Shown in pieces: positions 1 to 13,253 of a DNA stretch of 64,000 nt. Made by a program: the position numbers and the translations under genes. The notes under the pieces were generated by a model that worked only from the letters and a program-made list of their open reading frames with translations, was not told the DNA's origin and did not search any database. The DNA is from Mizuhopecten yessoensis (taxonomy: Eukaryota). Within the stretch, counting starts at the first letter, position 1. Each line of letters opens with the position of its first letter. Location: NCBI RefSeq assembly GCF_002113885.1, contig NW_018408896.1, positions 186,001 to 250,000 of the forward strand. Direction: 5' to 3'.

Positions 1-1026
1 ACAATGGTGTGATGTTACTCTCTAATAGCTCCGAGGAAATGCAGCTTCAGTCATAGTTTAGGCCATTCACAAAAATATAATAGCGTATTAGTGTTAACAA
101 GATGGAAACAAAAAGATGGTCTAGGTCTGTAATACAATATAAACGACTATCTTGTCAGAGGCTACATTTACCAATAATAGCCAATGACGTTCATTCCATT
201 ACGAAGTAAATACTTGTCCTTGTTTTCAAAGTAAATGCCACAATTTGATCAATCGATCTTTTTTTCAAATACTTGTAAGAAAAATGATCGTCACATTAAC
301 CCCCTTATCACCCATACACCCACTTCTGTGAACCGTTTGTTCCACGTCGACATCACAGGAAAGGGGATGAAACATGATGGGTATATTTTGATCTTTGGGA
401 TATTTCATTAGATCCCAATTTACCAAAGTGTAGGAACACAGTTCAAAGCATAGCTGTGGACGGGGAGAACGTGGTTGCCAGGTCACAGTTATTAATCAGA
501 AGGATGTTAAGTCAGAAAAGGGCTCACATGTACACTGTATGGGTGAAACTCTCTCTTCCATGGGTCAGCTTATTACATGTCTCAGATGTTGTGTCATTTA
601 TAAAAAAAAACATGCAATCTACACCGTTGCTTAACTTTTAAAACTAAAACACATCACTTGTATACCAATTTACTCATCATACACCACTCAGAACGACATT
701 GTTCACATCAAATAACTTTCTATCTTGAGGACTTGTCTTCATCGCAATTTCCACACATATTATGCTAAAATATAGCCAGTTGTAAAATGTTGAACATTCA
801 CCCTGAATGATCAGACCTGGAAGTTAAAATAGCCGATTATTTTTAAACTTAAAGCTGATGACGCACGCGCTGAAAAACGGGTCGTTAATTTTCCCTTAGA
901 TTCGACGTTAATTGTCGATGAGATAAATGAGATATATCTATTCTTGAAACGTGTTTATATGAATCTGGCAGTAATGTACCAATCATCATCATATTTGATT
1001 GAAAGTTGGACCTTTGTTTCTTTCAG

Positions 1027-4000
1027 AACCCGGATGAAGTAGGACCTGCCTTAAGAGAAGCCATAGATCTGGGGTACCGTCACATTGACTGTGCAGCTCT
1101 GTTCAAAAATGAAAAAGAAATCGGGGAGATTCTTAAAGAGAAAACAACACTTGGAACAGGAACAATTGATCGAGATGACTTCTTTATTACATCCAAGGTA
1201 CATCTGTGTGTATCTACACTAAAATTCTAAAGCACTTATTTTGACACATTTGTATCACCAGTCGATGAAATATTTCCCTCTTTATGACAAGTTGCTTGTT
1301 TTGAAGAACGCACCTTAGTTTCCGAAACGTTATGGATGACCTCAATTGAGATAACAATATCCAAAAAAAAGTCATTGACATAGATCGACAATGAGATATG
1401 TCGTTAAACCAAGATCATCTTTACATATCAAGTAATAGACTGGTATTATACTATAAATACGCGATATGAAAAAGCTATAAAGTAAATAGTGTGACTAGGA
1501 TTACAGATATACCATTCTTTCTAACATTTTTCCGTAGATTTGGGGAACAGATCTTAGACCAGAGAAAAGTCTCGAATCCCTCAAGAAAACACTGGGAGAC
1601 CTGGGACTGGAATACTTAGATCTCCTGCTTATTCAGGTTCCTTTCGGGCTTAAGGTAAGTTGGTATTGGTCCTAACTCGTAGGAGCAGTTAGCTTTTTCG
1701 CATTCAGACACAAGACCAGTAAATAAGGCGTATTAAACAGTTATGCTTTTCCATTGTTTTTCATTCAATGATCTCGTTAATGGATGTGTGGCTTGTAAAG
1801 TGTCACAATGTTTCAACCGAATAATTGCAGGAAACTATGATTGCAATGTCAGGAGGAGAGATATGATTTTAATAAGAAACGACACCGATTGAATGATAGT
1901 GAAATCATTATACTGCCATATGCTTATTTTAGGAAGGAGACGAATGTTTTCCAAAAGAAGAGGATGGAACCTTTAGCTTAACGGATGTAGATTACGTAGA
2001 CACATGGAAGGTTGGTGTATTACTACCTAGAAGTATTAACACTGTAGCTCTTATCAGGATTTTATGAAATATGAAAATTTAAAGAATATTGTATATTTAT
2101 GTGAGGTTCATGAAACGTCGATTCATTAATACATGACACATTTTACTCATCAGTAATTTGGTATTAACCAGTGATCCTCTAATTTTTTAACCTTCATTTG
2201 ATGAATAGGTTTTATGCCTCTCCCCCTCTGTTTCAAAAGACCTATATCAAGATTTCTCTGTCTTTTTGGCCCCTAGCATCACTAGATGGACGAAACGGTC
2301 GTATGGTGCAGCGTACAGTTTCTATCACCAAATTTTATGCAAAATCACATGTTTGTATCTTACGTTCGATATTGAACCAACATTTTCTCTCCAAGGAATA
2401 AATCTAGAACGAAATTTTCCCGTTTTGCATTATATGATAAACGGCTTATTGCATTTCTCACATGTGTTTTGATGGTTCTTAGGTATTAGAGTCACTGGTA
2501 GACGAAGGTTCCGTCAGGTATATAGGTGTGTCCAACTTCAACTGTGCTCAACTTCAGAGGTTACTTGAATCTCCGGGGCTACGGTACCGGCCAGTGTGTA
2601 ACCAGGTCAGTGGATTTTTTTTATTTTTTATGATATGTAGTATATTTTGCATTACAAAGCTATTGCTGTGTACTATTAGCAATAAAGTTCACATCTGCAG
2701 ATGTTTGCTACCATAATTTGTAACCCAGTGTGATAATTTTATTTTTTACACATAAACAAAATATGATAATGGCCCGAGATTTCCTTTATGTCTTTAAGGT
2801 AGAGGTTTCACCTTACTATGTCAACGAGAAACTAGTCCAATTTTGCCAAAGACGAGACACACCAGTAGTAGCATATGCACCTCTCGGAGCACCGGCAAGA
2901 CCATGGTGAGAAAGCATTGATCTAATGTCGAATATTGCTAATGTTGAGAGACACCTTTCGTATTAATGAGTATTCATTGACCCTAGCTATACAGCGAAAC
3001 TATATGGACAATACAGTTGCAATTATAAAAGCATTCTATAATATAATCTCTTTCCCTTATGTTATGTCGATCAATATGATAACTGTATATTACATGCGAT
3101 GACTATAGTGCATGGAAGATCTTAATCCTAATCGTTCAAGTACGCGGTTTTTTTCCGTTATCTTAGGCAGTTAAGTAATATATGGTTGTTTAGTCATTTG
3201 ATAAACATGTAAACTGCATACTTTATACAATGACCATTAACAGGAAAGAGAAGGTTTTTTTTTAATAGGTGTTAAGTTATTCCTCACACTTTAACAGTTA
3301 TTTACTATCTAGTTCTCTGCTTGCTATAACGATAATGTGTCCCTAAAAAAGGAGATTCAAGACCATGTTCCATTCAAGTTTATACCATTTTACAGGGTAC
3401 AAAAAGATGAACCTTCACTTCTCCAGGAACCGGTTATAGCAAAAATTGGCAAATTCCATAGACGAACACCGGGTCAGGTAAATTCACACGTTTAAATATA
3501 AAAAAACGAATTCAAAGGAAAATAGTTTTGTTTACAGAGTTGTAGGTGAACAAACGAAAAATATTCTCATCTTCAATTTGTTAAGAATCATGTAAAATCA
3601 AAACTAACAAAATTTGTAAGGATTCAAAATAAGGTCGTATGTTTGGAAATTTCACAAAAAAAAACTATTTTAAAACAGTTTGCAGTTATGATTCGTTAAG
3701 CTAGTCATATTTGAACAACTGGACCCTGCTATGTAATCACCAATATATGATATAGTGATATCATTCAACCCGTGTCATACTTGCTATGCATTGTTAGCTG
3801 TAACGTTGTTGTCACTGTTATTATCTTTGTTCCAAGACCTTAACGATACTGTCAGCATATATAACAACAAATTATTGTTTCATGTCAAAGGCACCAAACA
3901 AATCTAAATATGAATTGTCAAGTTTATCAATCGAAAGTTATTACATTTATCGTTATCTATTCCGTCTTTGTGTATTGCATAGTTATCTTCTCTTGTGAGC

Positions 4001-5969
4001 AGGTATTGATTGTTACGTCATTGGTTTGTGAGAGTAACGTCAAGAATTTTTGAGGAAACGATGTAATTTTCTCACACAACCAATGACGTAACAATCAATA
4101 CCTGCTCACAAGAGAAGATTACTCTGCAATTGGCAAAGACGGAATTGGGTATGTAACGTTATAACTGTTTATGTGCAGATCGCCCTACGGTGGGGAGTCC
4201 AGAGAGGGTACGCTGTCATACCAAAGAGCTCGAATCCGAAAAGATTAAAAGAAAATTTAAACGTAAGATCATAAGTGTCGTATGCTAGTAATATATGCCA
4301 CGACATATTGGCCTGGAATTCATAACAAGACAATCGTTTGGTATGTGCGTAAAAATATCATCCTTTTTATTAATATTTTTGTGTGTTTTTGCCTCCGGAA
4401 AATATCAGCTGCCACATTTAATTTAGCTTCCAGTGTATGAATGTGTTGACTGATTTTCACAATATTTATCCAATTCCTCCTACTCAACAACATATTCAAG
4501 TAAACAAAATGAAAATACTCAAATAGTAATAAAACATGTTACATCCTAATTACAACAAAGAAATTATATTAAGGGTAATAATGGTACTTCTACATTCCGT
4601 GTCTAGTGTTTTTTGTGGCCGGCGTAAACTGAAAATAGTTAAAATTTGCATCAACGTTACTATTCTCTCTAAAAACAGGAGATACAAAAAAATATCGTGA
4701 TAGATAAGATCATAAATGGGACTCTACATTCGGTTTCGGGATCATGTCGTAAGTATTAATACCAATGCACTGACGAGTGTACGATTTAGGAAAATTTTGA
4801 GAAAGTGGGAATAGAAATGAGTGTATTTTAGTGGATTAAAAAATATTTCTCTTTGATGATTTGCTTAACTTTGATATTAACCTCGCCGTGATTGAGGTCA
4901 AAATTGTCTCCCTTTAGACTGTGTAATGACATAAGTCAGTCAGTCGGCATGAAAGTATACAAATTGATATTATTTGATTAATTAACTAATCCTACCTTTT
5001 TTATACAGATGTTTTTGAGATATAACATTATTTTAACTTGGAAAAGCAAAAAAGTAACACCGTTATGCAGCATACATACAAAGTAACAACAGAGTCAAGT
5101 CTTCGCTACAGTACTTTACATTACAGTACAGTACATTTTGTGTTAGTGAGAAATATAAAAGGATTTTGAATGGAAAAAAATCACAGATGTGTCATACCTT
5201 TAGTCCTATTCAAATGATTTGGCGACAATATCGTACTTATACATACATACCATTATTGTAACTACCTTCTTAAAGATATTATGATCTCAAAAGTGTATAC
5301 CATTTAATTGTTTCTATTGTTTATTAATGAATAAATACAGCCAGAACATTTCTGTTTTGTAGTTATTTGACTTTTCGCTTACTGCCAGAGAAATGGAGCA
5401 AATCTCAGCACTGAACAAAAACCAGAAAGCATATGGATTTGAAGGGTAATAATTAAAAGATAAATCTGCAAGAAATATAGTTTAGTTTCCAAACAAACTA
5501 TACCCGAACCCTCGACCATTGATCGTGATCGGGCTCTAAATAGTACATATATGCACTTCACATTTTATGTTTCTAGACATCAAATAGTCATAATAAATCT
5601 GTATCTTGCAGTTCTATTTTAAAACAGATTAAGAACTATATATTCAATTATTATTTTGTGTAAGGGTGCCATCATTACTGGTATCATTATCTGGTATTTG
5701 TTATGTTCTTAAATGAAAGCTTGAAGTAGTTTTAGTAACATGAAGGGTACATTTCGATTTCTTTTGGTTCATCAAAGCAAGCGTTAATGAATTGTGAAAT
5801 CATGTGTTTTGTTCACTTCAAATTACGATCGACAAAAATAAGCTAATGTTAATACATAATTTCTGTAGCTTATTGAGGTTATTTGTTCTATTTCAGTGCC
5901 AGAAAAAGTCAAAACTACCCATTCAACGAGCCAACCCATATCGAAGAAGGCGGTGCAGCAATCATGTAG
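1027..5969 (+). CDS. Aldo-keto reductase family 1-like protein (exons 2-10; exon 1 not found, probably upstream of window); catalytic Tyr->Phe and His->Gln
   Basis: GT-AG exons 1027-1197, 1538-1654, 1933-2010, 2483-2605, 2799-2905, 3396-3477, 4179-4262, 5363-5445, 5897-5969 join in frame: GYRHIDCAALFKNE...FITSK|IWGT...YLDLLLIQVP...IGVSNFN...NQ|VEVSPY...AYAPLG...IALRWGVQRGYAVIPKS...YPFNE...AAIM*. Typical AKR1 motifs and exon phases. Confidence 0.93.
3959..4145. mobile_element. Foldback/MITE-like palindrome in AKR intron
   Basis: ~75-bp inverted arms: ATTCCGTCTTTG...TCTTGTGAGCAGGTATTGATTGTTACGTCATTGG versus CCAATGACGTAACAATCAATACCTGCTCACAAGA...CAAAGACGGAAT. Confidence 0.75.
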
Positions 5970-6669
5970 AACAGGGAAACATGATAACATTATGTCTATA
6001 TTGGCATGCCTATTGTAGGTTGCATGTAACGATATTCCAAGGGCTAGCTTTCTTATTGGTTTCGCTTACAACTGTTGATGGTGAACATTTAGTCAATGTT
6101 TCTGGTTACAACGATCTGACAACTAAACCAACCAACCAACTGAACTGTTCAGTAACCTGAGTATGCAACGGTCATGTCTTCTGTTTAAAATAATTGCATT
6201 TCCGTATGGTATTTAAATGCAACGCTACGTTTATGTCTTTTTCCACCCACTGACGGTAACAATTCATTTAGATGAAAACTTTCCGACCCGCTAACATATT
6301 TTCAAAGCCTTGGAAATCGTAGCATAAATAAGACGTAGTTCATAAGTAACGATGCCCTAGTGGCTACTTAGATTCGGAATAAACAATTTCACTGTTGTGA
6401 TTCTTCGCCGAGTACCGAGTTCAAGATCAAGTTATTGTCTTGAAATACATTGGTGTTTGCCTTGATATCATCGCCACATTGGAGCACTGTGTACTTTTCA
6501 AATGTGTAAAAGTAGGATTGTTAAATGTTTCTTAGTAATTAAATCCTCTGAAAACCACAGAAAGATGCACTTGCTTAGAAAATGAAAACGCTTACCCAAC
6601 TTCCACATATTTCGGCATCATCAAAAGAATTTTCTTACAACTTGATAAATGGAATAATTCCAATACATT

Positions 6670-6900
6670 TATTTATAAAACCGTTCTTATGCTAAAACTC
6701 AATTCTGTGCTTAAACCAACTTTCTTGTAACATATCAATATCTCACGATGGGTTCAAGTCAACAAATATACACATAACTATAAGTTTAAGCTAATTACCC
6801 ACAACATATATTTCAAGTTAAATAACTTAACCACTTAAAATTAAGAATCGGGTTCCGGAACAGAATCGGGAGTTTTAGTATGAGAACGGTTTTATGAATA
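6670..6900. mobile_element. MITE-like inverted repeat
   Basis: TATAAAACCGTTCTTATGCTAAAACTC versus GAGTTTTAGTATGAGAACGGTTTTATG. Confidence 0.55.
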
Positions 6901-7374
6901 CTTTCGAGACCAACGGAAACAAACGGAGCACTGTTTAAACCAAAAACCATTTTTCTTAATGTTTACACATTGCGAAATGTTTTAGACACTATTTAACACA
7001 AACTCAAATACAACTTAAAGGAAACACATTTTTCTTGTAGGAAACCATCGCATTAACATTTTATCCTTACGCTTTAGCAAATTATTGAGTCAATGGACAG
7101 TGTGTTACCTTGATTTCCGTGGATTCTACTGTCCGGTGATAGATATCCGGTGAGGATTCAATACGGCTTACAAGTTTCATGTGTAAGCAGAATAGCTAAC
7201 TTCTCATCGTGTTTTATTTATACATGTTTTAAACATTGTGATCATTTCCTATTACGTTCGTATCATTACGACATTCAAATAAAAATATATTTATCAATAC
7301 CCGCCGTTCGTCCTTTTCCTCATTGCTATTTCAACTCGAATTTGCTATTGAAATGGAGGGAGTATTTGTCCAGT

Positions 7375-7618
7375 TAAAAATATAAACTTTATTTATTTTA
7401 CAACAATTAAGAAACAAGTTATGTTAACTTATAGTAATCACTCTTGTTGGCCCGGATATTAGCGCGAGAGGGGTCTTTGTGTGGGAGGAAACTGGAGAAC
7501 CCGGAGAAAACCCAGGTGGTCGGGCAGGTGGCCCCATACCTTGTCACGTCCGATCGGGGAATCGAACCCCGGCCGCCTTGGTGAAAGGCAAGTACGCTAT
7601 CCACTGCACCACCCGACC
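7375..7618 (-). mobile_element. tRNA-derived SINE with V-domain core
   Basis: Minus strand: tRNA-like head with A box (GGTGCAGTGG) and B box (GGTTCGATTCC), V-SINE core GGGTTTTCTCCGGGTTCTCCAGTTTCCTCCCAC, AT-rich tail. Confidence 0.8.
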
Positions 7619-10231
7619 ATCCTTGTCCAAGTAAATGGTTTGGAGGTTATACAGATCAGATTTCACCTTATTAGAACAATTCGTTCAAAAGACATCATTA
7701 CAAGAAAAACGAGAAAACAATGCAAATGTTTGTCCAGAGTTGAGGCTATAACAGCATTTTAGTTATAGACACTTTATTTATCATAACACTTGCCTTCATT
7801 GAACAGAGAACATCCAATACACTCAAAATACCGTGGTTTGAAGTTCAACGTGTGTGTTAATTGTAACAATGTAAATCAAGAGCATATTACGAAGTTTTAT
7901 TTAAGCATTACATCTTAAGGTGAGGGCTTTGTGAAATGCATCTTAAGTAATACTTGATAGTTTACAATAGATATTCTGAAAAGTGGATGATATTAAGTGC
8001 TATTCACGTCTACTTTTTTATTTAGTATTCATACAAGGATATTCAAGAAGAGAGATTAATATTTCCACTAAGAATTTGAAATGAAGGCATCACAGACTTT
8101 CTTCACATTGATATTGATATTTATAACAGCAAGACAATAACGGTTTCCTAACAACGATGACAAACGTATAAACTTCAATTCTGTGATTGTTGACAACGAT
8201 TAATAAAGATTTGATAAAAATACATTGTTATGCTGACGAAATGAATTGCAAGAAATCTACTACACTGCAGTAGTCAAAGATCATCGAAGGAAAGGAATGG
8301 ATTCATAATTGTTGTCGTCAGGCCTCCATTTATAAAACTCCCGGAGAAAAGGAAAGGAGGGACTGTGGTTGCAAAAGAAATCAAAATCAAATTAAGGTAA
8401 GTCAGTTACTTCATAGTCTATATTATTGACCGATAGTTAACCCCAATTTTTAACGGTACATGAACATTGGAAGTAAATATTGTCTCCCCGTGAAATTACG
8501 ACACAAATAGGGGTATTGATCCGATGTTACATTACGAAATAATGCAATCATATCGGTGAAAGTGGACAAGATTCAGATAACTGTTTGCTAACAGGTAAGT
8601 GTTGCTTTTTAAATATATCACTAAGCATAAATGGTGGTCCAACTTATTATTATTGATCCTAATCAATTCTAAAAACATTTTCATTATATTTATACTTAAA
8701 TTTAGAGAGAAAAAAATCCCTTATGGTATTTATGCAAAGCTTGAATTTTAACGCATTATATCAGGATGATCGAGCATCAACGAGAATCCATTTTTAATAG
8801 GACCTAGTCCAAACCTACGTGTATGATGTGTGGGGAGTTTTTACCTCATTCATCTATCAATATTTAAGTCATTATAGTTATGTTTTGGGCGAACATGGTT
8901 TGTGCTTAGGATAGAGAAATTATAAAAACTTACCAAATAAAGAGAAGTTCATCAACTAGTGACGGTTTTTATCTTACTCGAATCAGATCAGATAGAACTT
9001 TTGAAAATAAGAGGAACATGATATGAAAAATACGACTGGCAACCGTAACGAGTCGATTAATACACTCTATGTGAATTATTTTTTCCCAAAAAGCAATGCC
9101 TCTTTTCACTTTTTCTCCGCGAGCCGCCATCCATAGCCTTGTCTTTTCATCGTACAGTAATAAAACTCTTCGTTCGACTATTATAACAAAACAGCATTTT
9201 CTCCGTCAATTTCTTTTTTTTATTTCCTTTAGTATAAATAAAGATACAAATGAGGGGAGAAAATGATTAATGCTCTAGCTATGAGTACGACAATACCATT
9301 AAGAATATACTTAGGTTACACTGAAAAAGTCAACATTTAAAAAATGCACTTCATACATCAAAACCATACATGAAATAAAAAAAAATAAAAAATCTTCAAA
9401 AGTGTAGATTTTCGGTTATTTGTGTTTATCACTAGTTTTGGAAAGCGCAGTCTTAAACGAAGAAGATAATACATAGATCGTATAACCGAGTCTAACCAAT
9501 TCTGGAAAATAAAGTTCGTTGCAAAATGAAAATATTGGAGGGAAAATCCTTTAAGTTGAAATGTTAAGATCTCTTTGTTTCTAAATAGTTTTGATTATTA
9601 AATACAACGAGTAGTTACAAACGATAGGTTGCTTATTACGGTTCCTTAAACTATGCCTGCCTCTTCCTGATTAGTAGACTAAAGACGTTATACCATATCT
9701 TGAAGGGAAATAATGGGTAATCTATCTTAAAAGCAATCAAATATAATTGAAAAGTTTAAACAATATTACGGAATGTTTATTATTTCAAAACTAAGGAATG
9801 GCACACAATCTTCATAACACCAATCAATATGTAATTAAAAACTTCACACCAATATTACAAATTATTTACCACTGAAAAAAAACAGGGAATAGAAAACAAA
9901 TCATAACACTAATCAATATGTAATTGAAAACTTCGCACCAATAGGACAAATAGTTTATCATTTTGAAAACAAGGAGCAGAAAACAATTTTCTGACACGTT
10001 CTTGTTATAAGTAAAACGTTAGTCTCTCTGCCTAATAGGATTATATAAAACAACATAGATAAGAGTTCACGTACATCATATCAAAATCTGCGAATTACAT
10101 TCTCCTTCATTTTGTTAAAGTAAGCATTTGTAATAACACTTTGTTCAATGAACTTTGTTCAAATGTATTGATATGTCATATTGAATAAACCTTTAGAAAA
10201 ATAAACAATCACTCTTGTCCCTGTGTTGCTC

Positions 10232-10744
10232 ATGCTCAAGTTTTCAGTAATCATTCTCGCATCTCTCACTCAGTACTCAAAGGAAGCTGTGACGGAATCA
10301 ACAACGACACAGGCGATTTCACCGTACACGAAGATAACATTTGTGTTGGCGAAGCTGTGTACTGAATCAACTTTCCGGTGTACCCTTTTTACAATGTTGC
10401 CAATAATAACATTCATATTGGTGTCTAGTATGATAGTCATCTCATTGTTTATCTTAATCCTGATATGCGTTGCTCTGATAATAATTATGTCAATGGCCAC
10501 CGGAACTATTGTCTCGGTCCTTCTGTTGGCCGCAAGTGTAATCCTCAGCGACAGCGCACTGAGTAAACTGACTGATTTGGATGTTTCTTCGCTCATTGGA
10601 ATAATTGGTAAAGCACGTGTTCTATCTGCGGCTCAAATCAAGGCGAACTTTTGGAGCATAGCCAGTTGTAAAAACTTGACAGATTGTGCCAATACAATGT
10701 TCAACCTAATACACCATTCATTGACCTTCTCTTACTTTAAATAA
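10232..10744 (+). CDS. Candidate intronless hydrophobic membrane protein (170 aa)
   Basis: Open frame from ATG 10232 in AT-rich DNA, with a ~55-residue uncharged stretch (TLFTMLPIITFILVSSMIVISLFILILICVALIIIMSMATGTIVSVLLLAASVIL). Homology not verifiable here. Confidence 0.35.
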   Translation: MLKFSVIILASLTQYSKEAVTESTTTQAISPYTKITFVLAKLCTESTFRCTLFTMLPIITFILVSSMIVISLFILILICVALIIIMSMATGTIVSVLLLAASVILSDSALSKLTDLDVSSLIGIIGKARVLSAAQIKANFWSIASCKNLTDCANTMFNLIHHSLTFSYFK

Positions 10745-11601
10745 ATATTAAAGTTTACAAACGAAGAACTTCACCTTAACTTCTACCATGTCAGCGACAC
10801 ACCGTTACAAATAACCATGAGCGTGTGTACTATTTTTCCTAGCATCGTATGCATACGAGGCGCTCTAACATATGCCTCCCATTACCCAAGTACATAGCGA
10901 ATGAAGTTTACGCAAAAAAAAGTGAGTCGTGTGTGACTTGCCTTGGAAAAATAAGCTTTGGTGTACGGGTACATGCATGTACGTGCATATCTACTTGTTT
11001 TGACAAACATCTATGTTAAAAAGGCAGAAAGGAACAATTTGACAGCAGCTTCGAGAAAGTATGACATCAGTTGTGCATGGCATGCTGGTGATATGAAAAT
11101 GAAGAATAAGGTAGCAAATGTTTGCACGCACTAAAGAATAATTTTGAAACAATTTCACAATCTATGTCATGAGGCCGTATAAGCACTAAAGTGGACAGGA
11201 AAACAAGTCAAATTACATTTTATTTGGTAAATTATGGTGTTACCTACACATTAAAGTTCGAGATTCAAAAATGTTGTAATAGTTTACCTTAACACATGCA
11301 CTATGTAGATTAATTCTGAATTAAATATTGTTTATAATATCTTTATTAACCTGAATTTACATGGTTAAACAAAAAGGACGACTTGCTTTAGCATTGCCTA
11401 AATGGAATTCCAAACTGTTGACAACGACGCATGGTCTCTCTGTCTAATACAAAGCTTTATGCATCTGATCCAAAATTGGTCGCCAGGGTGAATTGCACCA
11501 TGAATGGTGGACATCACTTGAATTGTCTCGTTAAAAGCAAGGCATTATAAGTATTCATGATCAAACGCAATCGAAATCACATAAACAGGCATGTCAATAG
11601 T

Positions 11602-13253
11602 ACAAAGTCTGGTACCGCAGACGGTGTAAACAAAGTCCCGTACCACAGACGGTGTAAACAAAGTCCGGTACCACAGACGGTGTAAACAAAGTCCGGTACC
11701 ACAGACGTTGTAAACAAAGTCTCGTACCACAGACGGTGTAAATTAAGTCCGATACCGCAGACGGTGTTAACAAAGTCCGGTACCACACACGGTGTAAACA
11801 AAGTCCGGTACCACAGACGTTGTAAACAAAGTCCAGTACCACAGACGGTGTAAACAAAGTCTCGTACCACAGACGGTGTAAATTAAGTCCGGTACCACAG
11901 GCGGTGTAAACAAAGTCCGGTACCACAGACGGTGTAAACAAAGTCCGGTACCACAGGCGTTGTAAACAAAGTCCAGTACCACAGACGGTGTAAACAAAGT
12001 CTCGTACCACAGACGGTGTAAATAAAGTCCGGTACCACAGGCGGTGTAAACAAAGTCCGGTACCACAGACAGTGTCAACAAAGTCCGGTACCACAGACGG
12101 TGCAAACAAAATCCGGTACTAGACGGTGTAAACAAAGACCGGTACCACAGACGGTGTTAACAAAGTCCGGTACCACAGACGGTGTTAACAAAATCCGGTA
12201 CCACAGACGGTGTAAACAAAGTCCGGTCCCACAGACAGTGTCAACAAAGTCCGGTACCACAGACGGTGTAAACAAAATCCGGTACTAGACGGTGTAAACA
12301 AAGTCCGGTACCACAGACGGTGTTAACAAAGTCTGGTACCACAGACAGTGTAAATTAAGTCCGGTACCACAGACGGTGTAAATTAAGTCCGATACCGCAG
12401 ACGGTGTTAACAAAGTCTGGTACCACAGACAGTGTAAATTAAGTCCGGTACCACAGACGGTGTTAACAAAGTCCGGTACCAGACGGTGTAAACAAAGTCT
12501 AACAAAGTCTACGACAAAGTCTAAGTCCGGTACCAGACGGTGTAAACAAAGTCTGGTACCACAGACGGGGTGAACAAAGTCTGGTACCACAGACGGTGTT
12601 AACAAAGTCTGGTACCACAGACGGTGTAAATTAAGTCCCGTACCACAGACGGTGTAAACAAAGTCTGGTACCACAGACGGTGTAAATTAAGTCCGGTACC
12701 ACAGGCGGTGTAAACAAAGTCTGGTACCACAGACAGTGTAAACAAAGTCCGGTACCACAGACAGTGTAAACAAAGTCTGGTACCACAGACGGTGTAAACA
12801 AAGTCTGGGACCACAGACGGTGTTAACAAAGTCCGGTACCACCGACGGTGTAAACAAAGTCTGGTACCACAGACAGTGTAAACAAAGTCCGCTACCACAG
12901 ACGGTGTTAACAAAGTCCGGTACCAGACGGTGTAAACAAAGTCTGGTACCACAGACAGTGTAAATTAAGTCCGGTACCACAGACGGTGTAAACAAAGCCC
13001 GGTACCACAGACAGTGTAAACAAAGTCCGGTACCACAGACAGTGTAAACAAAGTCCGGTACCACAGACGGGGTAAACAAAGTCTGGTACCACAGACGGTG
13101 TAAACAAAGTCCGGTCCCACAGACAGTGTAAACAAAGTCCGGTACCACAGACGGTGGAAACAAAGTCCGGTACCACAGACGGTGTAAATAAAGTCCGGTA
13201 CCACAGGCGGTGTAAACAAAGTCTGGTACCACAGACGGTGTAAACAAAGTCTG
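11602..13253. repeat. 28-bp minisatellite, ~59 copies
   Basis: Unit ACAAAGTCCGGTACCACAGACGGTGTAA; explains the stacked repetitive ORFs. Confidence 0.95.

Noticed and set aside
1298-1335. TTGAAGAA...GAAACGTTA hammerhead-like remnant
   Set aside because: Core C3 is lost and the stems do not pair; at most a dead Penelope relic.
5955-5969. AKR C-terminus AAIM as a CaaX prenylation signal
   Set aside because: No cysteine at the -4 position.
7545-7618. tRNA genes (also 40750-40820, 61040-61100, 63150-63215)
   Set aside because: A/B boxes are present but cloverleaves are imperfect and embedded in SINE or LTR-like elements.
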